DNA of 32,000 nt from Pseudomonas aeruginosa. GTDB lineage: Bacteria; Pseudomonadota; Gammaproteobacteria; Pseudomonadales; Pseudomonadaceae. Within the stretch, counting starts at the first letter, position 1. Each line of letters opens with the position of its first letter. The notes beneath the pieces were generated by a model. That model made no database searches. It had not been told where the DNA came from and saw only the letters and a program-made list of their open reading frames with translations. This document shows, in pieces, positions 24,275-32,000 of the stretch. The stretch is taken from assembly GCF_001457615.1 (NCBI RefSeq), contig NZ_LN831024.1:2070001-2102000 (forward strand). Reading direction: 5' to 3'. Made by a program: the position numbers and the translations under genes.

Positions 24275-25855
24275 ATGACTTCAGCCTGGAACGAGGAGTG
24301 GCGTCGCCGCCGCCTGCCGGCGCTGGCGGGGCAGGAGTGGGACCTGATCGTGGTCGGCGGCGGCATCAGCGGTGCCGGCATCCTCCGCGAAGCCGCGCGG
24401 CGCGGCTGGCGCTGCCTGCTGCTGGAGCAGCGGGACTTCGCCTGGGGCACCTCGAGCCGCTCGTCGAAGATGGTCCATGGCGGCCTGCGCTACATCGCCA
24501 AGGGCCAGTGGCGGCTGACCCGCGACTCGGTGCGCGAGCGCCAGCGCCTGCTCGGCGAGGCGCCTGGGCTGGTGGAGCCGTTGAGCTTCGTGATGGCCCA
24601 CTACCGCGGCGGCTTTCCCGGCCCGCGGCTATTCGGCGGCCTGCTGAGCGTGTACGACGCCCTTGCCGGGCGGCGCAACCACCGTTTCTACGACGCCGCC
24701 GCGTTGCGCTACCTGGCGCCGGGCCTGAAGGAACAACGGCTGCTCGGCGGCACGCGATTCTTCGATGCGGTGACCGACGATGCGCGCCTGGTGCTGCGGG
24801 TGCTGGCCGAGGCGCGTCACGACGGCGGCGAGGCATTCAACGGCATGCGTGTGCGCGAATTGCTGCGCGAGGGCGGCCAGGTGGTCGGCCTGCGCGCCGA
24901 GGACCGCGAGAGCGGCGAGCTTTTCGACTTTCGCTGCCGCGCCCTGGCGCTGGCCACCGGGGCCTGGGCCGATGAGTTGCGCCAGCCCGGCGGAAGCGAG
25001 CACATCCGCCCGCTGCGCGGCAGCCATCTATTGCTGCCGGCCTGGCGCCTGCCGGTGGCCCATGCCTTCAGCTTCATGCACGCCACGGACCGGCGACCGG
25101 TGTTCGTGTTCCCCTGGGAGGGCGCGACGGTGGTCGGCACCACCGATCTCGACCATCGCGACGGCCTTGGGGAGGACGCGCGGATCAGCCGCGCCGAACT
25201 CGACTACCTGCTGGCGGCCTGCGCCCAGCAGTTTCCCGCCGCTGCCATCGAGGCGCGCGACGTGCTGTCGACCTGGGCCGGCGTGCGACCGGTGGTCAGC
25301 AGCGGCGACGACAGCGGCAAGCCTTCCGACGAGAAACGCGAGCATGTGCTCTGGCGCGAGCCGGGCTGCGTGACCCTGGCCGGCGGCAAGCTGACCACCT
25401 TCCGGCCGCTGGCGGTGGAGGTGCTACAAGCCTGCGCGCCGCTGCTCGGGCGCACGGTCACGGACGATGACGCGGCGGTGTTCGGCGCCTGCGAAGGCCC
25501 GCTCATCGACGGGCTCGGCAGCGGCCAGCGACGCCGCCTGGCCGGTCGCTACGGACGCGACCTGGTCCGCCTCAAGCGGCTGGTGGACACCCTCGGAACG
25601 GACTGCGTGGGTGCCAGCGAAACGCTCTGGGCCGAACTGGCGTTCGCCGCCGAGGCGGAAATGGTGCTGCATCTCGATGACCTGCTGTTGCGCCGCACCC
25701 GCCTCGGCCTGCTGTTGCCCGGAGGCGGCGCGGCATACCTGCCGCGTATCCGCGCGCTCTGCCAAGCGCGCCTGGGCTGGGACGACCCGCGCTGGGAACG
25801 TGAGCAACAGGCCTATCTGGACCTCTGGCGCCGGCACTACAGCCTGCCCGTCTGA
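24275..25855 (+). CDS. FAD-dependent glycerol-3-phosphate dehydrogenase/oxidase-like oxidoreductase (GlpD family)
   Basis: I re-called the start at ATG 24275, 5 nt after the upstream stop, giving 526 aa. The dinucleotide-binding motif is DLIVVGGGISGAGILREAARRG, followed by GTSSRSSKMVHGGLRY as in GlpD. The track ORF from 23678 is an in-frame over-extension. Confidence 0.85.
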   Translation: MTSAWNEEWRRRRLPALAGQEWDLIVVGGGISGAGILREAARRGWRCLLLEQRDFAWGTSSRSSKMVHGGLRYIAKGQWRLTRDSVRERQRLLGEAPGLVEPLSFVMAHYRGGFPGPRLFGGLLSVYDALAGRRNHRFYDAAALRYLAPGLKEQRLLGGTRFFDAVTDDARLVLRVLAEARHDGGEAFNGMRVRELLREGGQVVGLRAEDRESGELFDFRCRALALATGAWADELRQPGGSEHIRPLRGSHLLLPAWRLPVAHAFSFMHATDRRPVFVFPWEGATVVGTTDLDHRDGLGEDARISRAELDYLLAACAQQFPAAAIEARDVLSTWAGVRPVVSSGDDSGKPSDEKREHVLWREPGCVTLAGGKLTTFRPLAVEVLQACAPLLGRTVTDDDAAVFGACEGPLIDGLGSGQRRRLAGRYGRDLVRLKRLVDTLGTDCVGASETLWAELAFAAEAEMVLHLDDLLLRRTRLGLLLPGGGAAYLPRIRALCQARLGWDDPRWEREQQAYLDLWRRHYSLPV

Positions 25856-25875
25856 CCAGCCGAGACGAGAACGAG

Positions 25876-27435
25876 ATGAACGACAAGAACTATCTGCTGG
25901 CGATCGACAATGGCACCCAGAGCGTGCGCGCACTGCTGTTCGACCTGCAGGGCAACCTGCTGGGCAAGGGCAAGGTGGAGCTGGAGGCCTACTACTCGAA
26001 GCATCCGGGCTGGGCCGAACAGGACCCCGAGTACTACTGGGCGATGCTCGGCGAGGCCTGTCGGCGGCTCTGGGACCAGGTGGACATCGATCGCGGGCTC
26101 ATCCGCGGGGTGTCGCTGACCACCCAGCGTGGCACGGTGATCCACGTCGATGCCGAGGGCAGGCCGTTGCGTCCGGCGATCCTCTGGCTCGACCAGCGCC
26201 GGGCGGAGGTCCGCGAGCGCATCAGGGGGCCTTGGGGCTGGCTGTTCAAGCTGGTCGGCGCCGAGGGCGCGGTGGAGCATTTCCGCGCCCAGGCCGAGGT
26301 CAACTGGGTGGCCCAGGAGCAGCCGGAGATCGCTGCGAAGACCGACAAGGTGTTGCTGCTTTCCGGCTTTCTCAGCCACCGCCTGACCGGCCGTTTCGTC
26401 GACTCGGTGGGGTGCTGCGTTGCCTACCTGCCGTTCGACTACAAGCGCCTGCGCTGGGCCGCGCCGCGCGACTGGAAATGGCAGGCGCTGGCGGTACGCC
26501 GCGAGCAGTTGCCGGAGCTGTTCAAGCCGGGCGAGCGGCTCGGCCAGATCAGCGCCGAGGCCAGCCGGCACACCGGCATTCCGCAAGGCCTGCCGTTGAT
26601 CGCCGCGGGGGCCGACAAGGCCTGCGAGGTGCTCGGCGCAGGTGCGCTGGAGCCCACCATCGCCTGCCTCTCCTATGGCACCACGGCGACCATCAACACC
26701 ACTCGCGCCCGCTACCTGGAAACCGTGCCGCTGATTCCACCCTATCCGGCGGCGATTCCCGATCATTTCAATACCGAGGTGATGATCTATCGCGGCTACT
26801 GGATGGTCAGCTGGTTCAAGCGCGAGTTCGGCTTGCGCGAGATGCAGCAGGCGCGCGAGCAAGGGGTCGAGCCGGAGCAACTGTTCGACGAACTGGTCAA
26901 CGGCGTGCCGCCCGGCTCGATGGGCCTGACCCTGCAACCCTACTGGTCGCCGGGAATCCGCGAACCGGGACTGGAGGCCAAGGGGGCGATGATCGGTTTC
27001 GGCGACGTGCATACCCGGGCGCACATCTACCGGGCCATCCTCGAGGGCCTGGCCTATGCCCTGCGCCAGGGCAAGGAGCGCATCGAGAAGCGTTCGGGCA
27101 CGCCGATCGTGCGCCTGCGCGTGGCCGGCGGCGGCTCGCAGAGCGACGCGGCGATGCAGCTCACCGCCGACATTTTCGGCCTGCCGGCCGAGCGCCCGCA
27201 TGTCTACGAGGCGTCCGGCCTGGGTGCGGCGATCGACTGCGCGGTGGGGCTCGGCCTCTATCCGGACGTCGCCAGCGCGGTGGCCGGGATGACCCGCGTC
27301 GGCCGGGTTTTCCTGCCCCAGGCGGAAGCCCGGCAGATCTACCAGCGGCTCTATGGCGAGGTCTACCTGCGCATGTATCGCCAGTTGCGCCCGCTCTACC
27401 GCAGCATTCGCGAGATTACCGGCTACCCTGCCTGA
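25876..27435 (+). CDS. FGGY-family carbohydrate/polyol kinase
   Basis: 519 aa. The N-terminal motif is YLLAIDNGTQSVRALLFD and the C-terminal motif is RVAGGGSQSDAAMQLTADIFG. The gene starts 20 nt after the upstream stop. Confidence 0.85.
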   Translation: MNDKNYLLAIDNGTQSVRALLFDLQGNLLGKGKVELEAYYSKHPGWAEQDPEYYWAMLGEACRRLWDQVDIDRGLIRGVSLTTQRGTVIHVDAEGRPLRPAILWLDQRRAEVRERIRGPWGWLFKLVGAEGAVEHFRAQAEVNWVAQEQPEIAAKTDKVLLLSGFLSHRLTGRFVDSVGCCVAYLPFDYKRLRWAAPRDWKWQALAVRREQLPELFKPGERLGQISAEASRHTGIPQGLPLIAAGADKACEVLGAGALEPTIACLSYGTTATINTTRARYLETVPLIPPYPAAIPDHFNTEVMIYRGYWMVSWFKREFGLREMQQAREQGVEPEQLFDELVNGVPPGSMGLTLQPYWSPGIREPGLEAKGAMIGFGDVHTRAHIYRAILEGLAYALRQGKERIEKRSGTPIVRLRVAGGGSQSDAAMQLTADIFGLPAERPHVYEASGLGAAIDCAVGLGLYPDVASAVAGMTRVGRVFLPQAEARQIYQRLYGEVYLRMYRQLRPLYRSIREITGYPA

Positions 27436-27509
27436 ACCGGGCGCCGCACTTCCGTCCCGGATACGCGGTCAATAGGCAAAGACAAGGCCACGACGAGGGG
27501 TTCGGTTCG

Positions 27510-28418
27510 ATGGACAAGGACAAGGTTCTGCTGGTCCTGCACGGCAAGCAGGCGGGCAACGAAGAGGTTCGTGCCGCGGTCGCGGCACAGCGCGAGGCCG
27601 GGCGGGAGCTGGCGGTGCGGGTAACCTGGGAGGACGGCGACGCCCGGCGCATCGTCGAGGAGGCGCTGGCGGCCGGCTATGCGACGCTGGTCGCGGGCGG
27701 TGGCGACGGCACGCTGCGCGAGGTGGCCGAAGCGCTGGCGCGCGGGCGAGGCGAGGCGAGCCTGGCGATCCTGCCGCTGGGCACCGCCAACGATTTCGCC
27801 CGCGCCGCCGGGATTCCCCTGGAACCGGCCGCGGCGCTGGCGCTGCTCGACCAGACGGCGCGGCCGATCGACCTGGGCGAGGTGAACGGCAAGCTGTTCC
27901 TCAACATGGCCACTGGCGGCTTCGGTTCGAAGGTCACCGCGAATACCTCGGAGGACCTGAAGAAGGTTCTCGGCGGTGCCGCCTACCTGTTGACCGGGTT
28001 GACCCGTTTTTCCGAAGTGCATGCCGCCCAGGGCCGTTTCAGCGCCCCGGACTTCCAGTGGGAAGGCGAGTTCCTCGCCCTGGGCATCGGTAACGGGCGC
28101 CAGGCCGGCGGCGGGCACGTACTGTGTCCGCAAGCGCGAGTGGACGACGGCCTGCTGGACGTGAGCATCCTGCCGACGCCGCAGGACATGGTCGGTACCC
28201 TGGGCACCCTGCTCGGCGGTGGCAACGGAGTGGAAAGCCTGTTCGTCCGCGCGCGGGTGCCATGGCTGGAAGTGGAGGCGGCGGAAGGTCTCGACGTCAA
28301 TCTCGACGGCGAGCCGCTGGAAGGACGCAAGCTGCGTTTCTCGGTTTCCCCGGGCGCGCTGCGCGTGCACTTGCCGGCCGGCTCGCCGTTGTTGCGCGAG
28401 CCGCCGCGCGAGGACTGA
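27510..28418 (+). CDS. yegS: YegS/BmrU/DagK-type lipid kinase (DAGK catalytic domain)
   Basis: I re-called the start at ATG 27510 (MDKDKVLLVLHGKQAGNEE), giving 302 aa. The track entry 25467..28418 is a stop-free over-extension through the FGGY gene. Motifs are LVAGGGDGTLREVAEAL and LGTANDFARA. Confidence 0.85.
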   Translation: MDKDKVLLVLHGKQAGNEEVRAAVAAQREAGRELAVRVTWEDGDARRIVEEALAAGYATLVAGGGDGTLREVAEALARGRGEASLAILPLGTANDFARAAGIPLEPAAALALLDQTARPIDLGEVNGKLFLNMATGGFGSKVTANTSEDLKKVLGGAAYLLTGLTRFSEVHAAQGRFSAPDFQWEGEFLALGIGNGRQAGGGHVLCPQARVDDGLLDVSILPTPQDMVGTLGTLLGGGNGVESLFVRARVPWLEVEAAEGLDVNLDGEPLEGRKLRFSVSPGALRVHLPAGSPLLREPPRED

Positions 28419-28520
28419 GGGCGGGGCCGACTGATCCGCTGCCTGGAGTGGCGTCTGTGTCTTGTCGGCCTTTCCCGCGACACCGTATAACAGCATCTTT
28501 CCACCAAGGATGCTGGTTCC

Positions 28521-29327
28521 ATGTTCCGTCTCTCCGCGCTGTACCGCTATCCGATCAAGTCTTCCGCCGCCGAGTCCCTGGAGCGCGTCGCGCTCGATGC
28601 GCTGGGCGTGGTCGGCGACCGACGCTGGATGGCGGTGGACACCGAAACCGGACGTTTCTTCACCCAGCGCCTGCTGCCGCAGCTGGGGCGTATCCAGGCG
28701 CGCTGGGCGGCGCCGGAGGTCCTGCGGCTGAATGCGCCGGGGATGTCCGAGCTGAGCCTCGAAGTACCGGCAGCCGACGCCAACCTGCGTGGCGTCACGG
28801 TCTGGCGCGATACCTTGCAGGCGCCGGATGCCGGCGACGCCGCAGCGGACTGGCTGACGCGCTTCCTCGGCCGCCCGACGCGCCTGGTGCACATTCCCGA
28901 GGCGCGCGCGCGGCAGGTCGATACCGGCTACGCCGAACCGGGGCAGAAGGTGCATTTCGCCGACGGTTTCCCGCTGCTGCTGATCGGCCAGGCTTCGCTC
29001 GACGACCTCAGCCAGCGGGTCGGCCGGCCGTTGGAGATGCTGCGCTTCCGTCCCAACCTGGTGGTGGAAGGCAGCGCCGCGTTCGCCGAGGACGGCTGGA
29101 AACGCATCCGCATCGGCTCGGTCGAGTTCGTCGTGGCCAAGCCCTGTTCCCGCTGCATCCTCACCACCCTGGATCCGGCGACCGGCGAGCGCAACGAGGA
29201 CCGCGAGCCGCTGACGACCCTGAAGACCTACCGGGAAAAGGATGGCGCGGTGCTGTTCGGGCAGAACCTGATTGCGCTGGGACAGGGCAGCCTGGAGGTG
29301 GGGATGCCGGTGGAAATCCTCGACTGA
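28521..29327 (+). CDS. MOSC-domain protein (YcbX-like: N-terminal beta-barrel plus MOSC)
   Basis: 268 aa. The N-terminus is LYRYPIKSSAAE. The conserved MOSC cysteine lies in KPCSRCILTTLDPATGE. Confidence 0.85.
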   Translation: MFRLSALYRYPIKSSAAESLERVALDALGVVGDRRWMAVDTETGRFFTQRLLPQLGRIQARWAAPEVLRLNAPGMSELSLEVPAADANLRGVTVWRDTLQAPDAGDAAADWLTRFLGRPTRLVHIPEARARQVDTGYAEPGQKVHFADGFPLLLIGQASLDDLSQRVGRPLEMLRFRPNLVVEGSAAFAEDGWKRIRIGSVEFVVAKPCSRCILTTLDPATGERNEDREPLTTLKTYREKDGAVLFGQNLIALGQGSLEVGMPVEILD

Positions 29328-29335
29328 GGAACGGT

Positions 29336-29356
29336 CGCCCGCCGTTGCGGCGGGCG
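29336..29356. terminator. Hairpin between the convergent MOSC gene and the DUF1311 gene
   Basis: CGCCCGCCG-ttg-CGGCGGGCG forms a perfect 9-bp stem in the 43-nt spacer. No clear U-tract is present. Confidence 0.45.
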
Positions 29357-29370
29357 GCCCTTGCCGGCGA

Positions 29371-29757
29371 TCAGAGCTTGGCGTCGACGCAACCGGTGCT
29401 CAGGCACTCGCGCTCGCGTTCGCGGAGGAAGTCGAGGCGCTGGCGGGTCTTCTCGGTGGCGCAGTCGAGGTTGACGAAATAACCGTTGTCCTTGCTTTCG
29501 CTGCAGGCCGCGTCGCGCTCCTTGATCCAGGCGATCTGGCTCTTCTTCAGCAGGGTTTTCTGGCCGTCGTTCAGGTGCTTGCGCAGGGTGCCGAACTGCT
29601 GGTTCAGCTCGCGGTCGGCCTGGGAAAACTCGCCGCTGCGGCAGTACACGCTGTCGAAGGCGTTGCGCGGCGTACCGCAGGCGTCGGCGGCCAGGGCGCC
29701 GTCGGCGAGCAGCAGGCTGGAGGTGGCGAGCAGGGCGGTGGCGAGGGGCTTGTTCAT
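29371..29757 (-). CDS. Periplasmic DUF1311 / LprI-like (lysozyme-inhibitor-family) protein
   Basis: 128 aa, counted from the ATG whose complement CAT is at 29755-29757. The remainder of the track ORF 29371..30810 is an artefact antisense to nothing and overlapping slt. The signal peptide is MNKPLATALLATSSLLLADGALA. The DUF1311 pattern is C..C...ADRELNQQF...LKKSQIAWIKERDAAC...C, with paired cysteines. Confidence 0.8.
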   Translation of the reverse strand: MNKPLATALLATSSLLLADGALAADACGTPRNAFDSVYCRSGEFSQADRELNQQFGTLRKHLNDGQKTLLKKSQIAWIKERDAACSESKDNGYFVNLDCATEKTRQRLDFLRERERECLSTGCVDAKL

Positions 29758-29813
29758 CTTGAGGTCCTTTTCAAGGTACTGGAAAGGCCCGGGCGTCCGG
29801 GCCGGGTTGGGGG

Positions 29814-31742
29814 TCAGAAATCGTCGAAGTAGCGTTCGTGCCAGTCGACGATGGGCTGCGGCGCATTGAGCTTCTGCCCGTAGATCACCGCATAGGACAG
29901 CACGTTCTGCACGTACTGGCGAGTCTCGTCGAACGGAATGGTCTCGATCCACACGTCGAAGGCCAGGTGGCGGGTATCTTTCAGCCACTGGCGGACGCGG
30001 CCCGGACCGGCGTTGTAGGCGGCCGAGGCGAGTACCCGGTTGCCGTTGAACTGGCCATGCACCTGGCTCAGGTAGGCGGCGCCGAGGCGGATGTTGACGT
30101 CGGGCACGATCAGTTGCTGGGTCGAGGCCAGCGGGATGCCGAACTTGCGCGAGGTCTCCTTGGCGGTGCCGGGCATCAGCTGCATCAGCCCGGTGGCGCC
30201 GACTCCGGAACGGGCATCGGACATGAACGCGCTTTCCTGCCGGGTGATGGCGAAGATCCAACTGGAGTGCAGGCCGCGGTTCTTCGCTTCGCGCACCAGG
30301 GTGGCGCGGTGCGCCATCGGGAAGCGGATGTCCAGGTCGTCCCAGTACTGCGCCTGGCTGATCGAGCGGATCGCCGGGAAATACCACTGCATGTCGTAGG
30401 CCAGCCTGGCCTGGGCGATCAGCTCGTCGCGATCGAACAGGCGCGCGGCGTGGTACCACTCGCGGCGGGCGTTGATCACTTCGCCACGGTTGAAGAACTC
30501 CATGGCCCGGCGCGTACTGGCGGCGTTGCGTACGCGTTGCAGGACGCGCGGGTCGATGTGCGCAGGACGGTTGCCGAGCTTGTACGGCACGCTCAGGCGG
30601 TCGGCGGCGAGGAAGCCGTAGAAGTCGCGCTCGCCGGCGAGCTTCTGGTACAGCGCGATCGGCTCCTTGCTGTTCGGCTGCGCCAGTTGCAGGCTGCGTG
30701 CCTGCCAATAGCGCCAGCGGCTGGTGGCGGCAAGATCCTGGGGCAGCTTGCGGGTCAGCGCGTAGGCTTCGTCCCAGCGGCCCAGGCGCAGCAGCAGGCG
30801 GGTGCGCCATTCGGTGACGGTGTTGTCGCGCAGGCCGGGATCGTACTGGGTCATCAGCGGCAGTGCGCGCGGATCGAAGCGCTTGGCCAGGCTGAGACCG
30901 ATCTCGCGGGCGATGGCGACCTTCTCGTCGCTGGAGAAGGGTAGCGCCGAGCTGTAGTAGTCGAGCAGGCTAAGGGCCTTTTCCGGGTCCTGCCGCGCCA
31001 GGCGGCGCAGGCCGAGACCGACCACGTCGGCGGTGGCATGGTCGCGCTGGCTGAAGCGGCCGGTCTGGCTCAGCTGGGCGGGGTTCTGCGCCACGCTGAC
31101 CATCAGCGCGCCCTGGTTGCCGAGGGTCGGCAGGCGCTGCGCGAGGTGCGAGGCGAGGCTGTAGTTGCGCGCTTCGGCGGCCAGCTTGAGGCGTTTCCAG
31201 ACCTTTTCCTCGGTGAGCTGGCCTTCGCCCTGCCAGAGGCCGAACAGGGTGTCGCAGGCAGCCGGCTGCGACTTGCCGACCAGCCACAGGCGTTCGCTGG
31301 TGGCGTAGCCTTCGGCCTTCTGGCCGTGGCCCAGCTGATACTGGCCATACAGGCAGTCGAGTTCGGTGAAGTTCAGCTTCGGATCGTAGTAGTTGACGAA
31401 GGTCTTCCAGTCGCCGCGGTCGGCCAGCAGGCGCAGCCAGCGCAGTTTCAGCCAGCCGATCTGCGGCAGGTCGCCGTGTTCGGTGAGGAAGCGCTCGACC
31501 TCCTCGTTGCTGGCGGACTTCAGCCGATGGGTCAGTTCGTCGTAGGCCAGGTAGGGTTCCAGCGGGTAATCGCGCAGGGCGCTGCGCGAGGCCATGTAGG
31601 GCGCGCTGTTGCCCTTGGCCAGGGCGGCCTTGGCCTGGTCGTAGAGACGGCGTTGTTCGGTCAGGGAAGCGGCGTGGACCGCGTCGACGAAGGAAATACT
31701 GAGCAAAAGGCAGGAAACGAGAGTGAACAGGCGACCGCGCAT
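29814..31742 (-). CDS. slt: Soluble lytic murein transglycosylase (Slt70 family)
   Basis: 642 aa with a signal peptide (MRGRLFTLVSCLLLSISFVDAVHA). A long superhelical U-domain is followed by the catalytic domain, with motifs AITRQESAF (catalytic Glu), GLMQLMPGTA and AYNAGPGRV. Confidence 0.92.
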   Translation of the reverse strand: MRGRLFTLVSCLLLSISFVDAVHAASLTEQRRLYDQAKAALAKGNSAPYMASRSALRDYPLEPYLAYDELTHRLKSASNEEVERFLTEHGDLPQIGWLKLRWLRLLADRGDWKTFVNYYDPKLNFTELDCLYGQYQLGHGQKAEGYATSERLWLVGKSQPAACDTLFGLWQGEGQLTEEKVWKRLKLAAEARNYSLASHLAQRLPTLGNQGALMVSVAQNPAQLSQTGRFSQRDHATADVVGLGLRRLARQDPEKALSLLDYYSSALPFSSDEKVAIAREIGLSLAKRFDPRALPLMTQYDPGLRDNTVTEWRTRLLLRLGRWDEAYALTRKLPQDLAATSRWRYWQARSLQLAQPNSKEPIALYQKLAGERDFYGFLAADRLSVPYKLGNRPAHIDPRVLQRVRNAASTRRAMEFFNRGEVINARREWYHAARLFDRDELIAQARLAYDMQWYFPAIRSISQAQYWDDLDIRFPMAHRATLVREAKNRGLHSSWIFAITRQESAFMSDARSGVGATGLMQLMPGTAKETSRKFGIPLASTQQLIVPDVNIRLGAAYLSQVHGQFNGNRVLASAAYNAGPGRVRQWLKDTRHLAFDVWIETIPFDETRQYVQNVLSYAVIYGQKLNAPQPIVDWHERYFDDF

Positions 31743-31966
31743 GACTTATCCGGGCAGGTGATGTCGGGTAACGTCGGCAGGTCCGCAACGGCTGCCTACG
31801 GGCGTTTCGACCGCTCGCGGGACTGGCGCGCGACCGCTGTCGCGGGCGCGCCCGAAGCCGGGCGGATGGCTCGCCTAAGCTTAGCCGTTGCGGCATGGCG
31901 GTGAAAGCGCCGTGCCATCCGATGCCTATCCGGCGTAAAATGCGCGCCCTGTTTCCGGAGGCGCCC

Positions 31967-32000
31967 ATGACCCTGCTCAAGTTCACCGATGTATCCCTTG
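31967..32000 (+). CDS. Start of an ABC-F (Uup-like) ATPase gene, truncated by the window end
   Basis: The ATG at 31967 follows a GGAGG RBS, and the reading MTLLKFTDVSL is typical of an ABC ATPase first strand. Only 11 codons are visible. The identity comes mainly from recalled synteny (PA3019). Confidence 0.45.
   Translation, partial: MTLLKFTDVSL

Noticed and set aside
25467-28418. A 983-aa ORF that appears to span the end of the GlpD-like gene, the whole FGGY gene and the yegS-like gene
   Set aside because: Only the last 302 codons, from ATG 27510 (MDKDKVLLVLHG...), look like a protein (DAGK catalytic domain). The upstream 681 codons are an alternative-frame read-through of the FGGY gene with junk composition.
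1-32000. CRISPR arrays, IS elements, transposases, integrases, prophage genes and toxin-antitoxin pairs
   Set aside because: I found no repeat-spacer periodicity, no terminal inverted repeats flanking an ORF, and no ORF with DDE, tyrosine-recombinase or phage structural signatures. The window reads as conserved core chromosome.

Overview
This is high-GC gammaproteobacterial chromosomal DNA. From memory (not searched), the gene content and order match the Pseudomonas aeruginosa core genome, PAO1 loci PA3048 down to PA3019, with the window running in descending locus order.

Gene order:
- rlmL (5'-truncated)
- dacB (PBP4)
- yggL
- rocA2-rocS2 two-component pair
- dgt-type dGTPase
- yqjK/yqjE/yqjD-like operon
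- orphan Amt-family transporter
- opdQ porin
- a minus-strand operon of GST, a split PNPOx-like gene and a secreted MBL-fold hydrolase, with a divergent TetR regulator
- small CxxC thioredoxin-fold protein
- snr1 di-haem cytochrome c
- tRNA-Pro(CGG)
- YgdI-like lipoprotein
- mobA
- moaB-moeA
- an AraC regulator divergent from a tight four-gene operon (AGPS-like flavoprotein, GlpD-like dehydrogenase, FGGY kinase, YegS/DagK-type lipid kinase)
- MOSC protein
- DUF1311/LprI-like periplasmic protein
- slt
- first codons of an ABC-F gene

I see no transposase, integrase, prophage, CRISPR, toxin-antitoxin or obvious defence-island signature, so this looks like core rather than accessory DNA. Many long ORFs in the supplied track are antisense or out-of-frame artefacts of the high GC content. 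Several real genes are over-extended at the 5' end in the track, and I re-called those starts.

Observations most worth a second look:
1. The uncharacterised AraC-controlled glycerol-backbone operon, with the AGPS-like enzyme next to GlpD-like, FGGY and lipid-kinase genes.
2. A PNPOx-like gene split by a 1-nt frameshift at a G6/C6 homopolymer, inside a TetR-controlled GST/MBL operon.
3. slt followed by a DUF1311 (lysozyme-inhibitor-like) gene.
4. An AT-rich (about 37% GC by hand count) island upstream of rocA2.
5. A sigma54-type promoter with a roughly 250-nt leader in front of the orphan Amt gene.
6. A long snr1 leader with an RBS-sequestering hairpin, next to Moco genes.
7. A 15-bp-periodic repeat with duplicated GTTCCCCCC in the ygdI-like promoter region.
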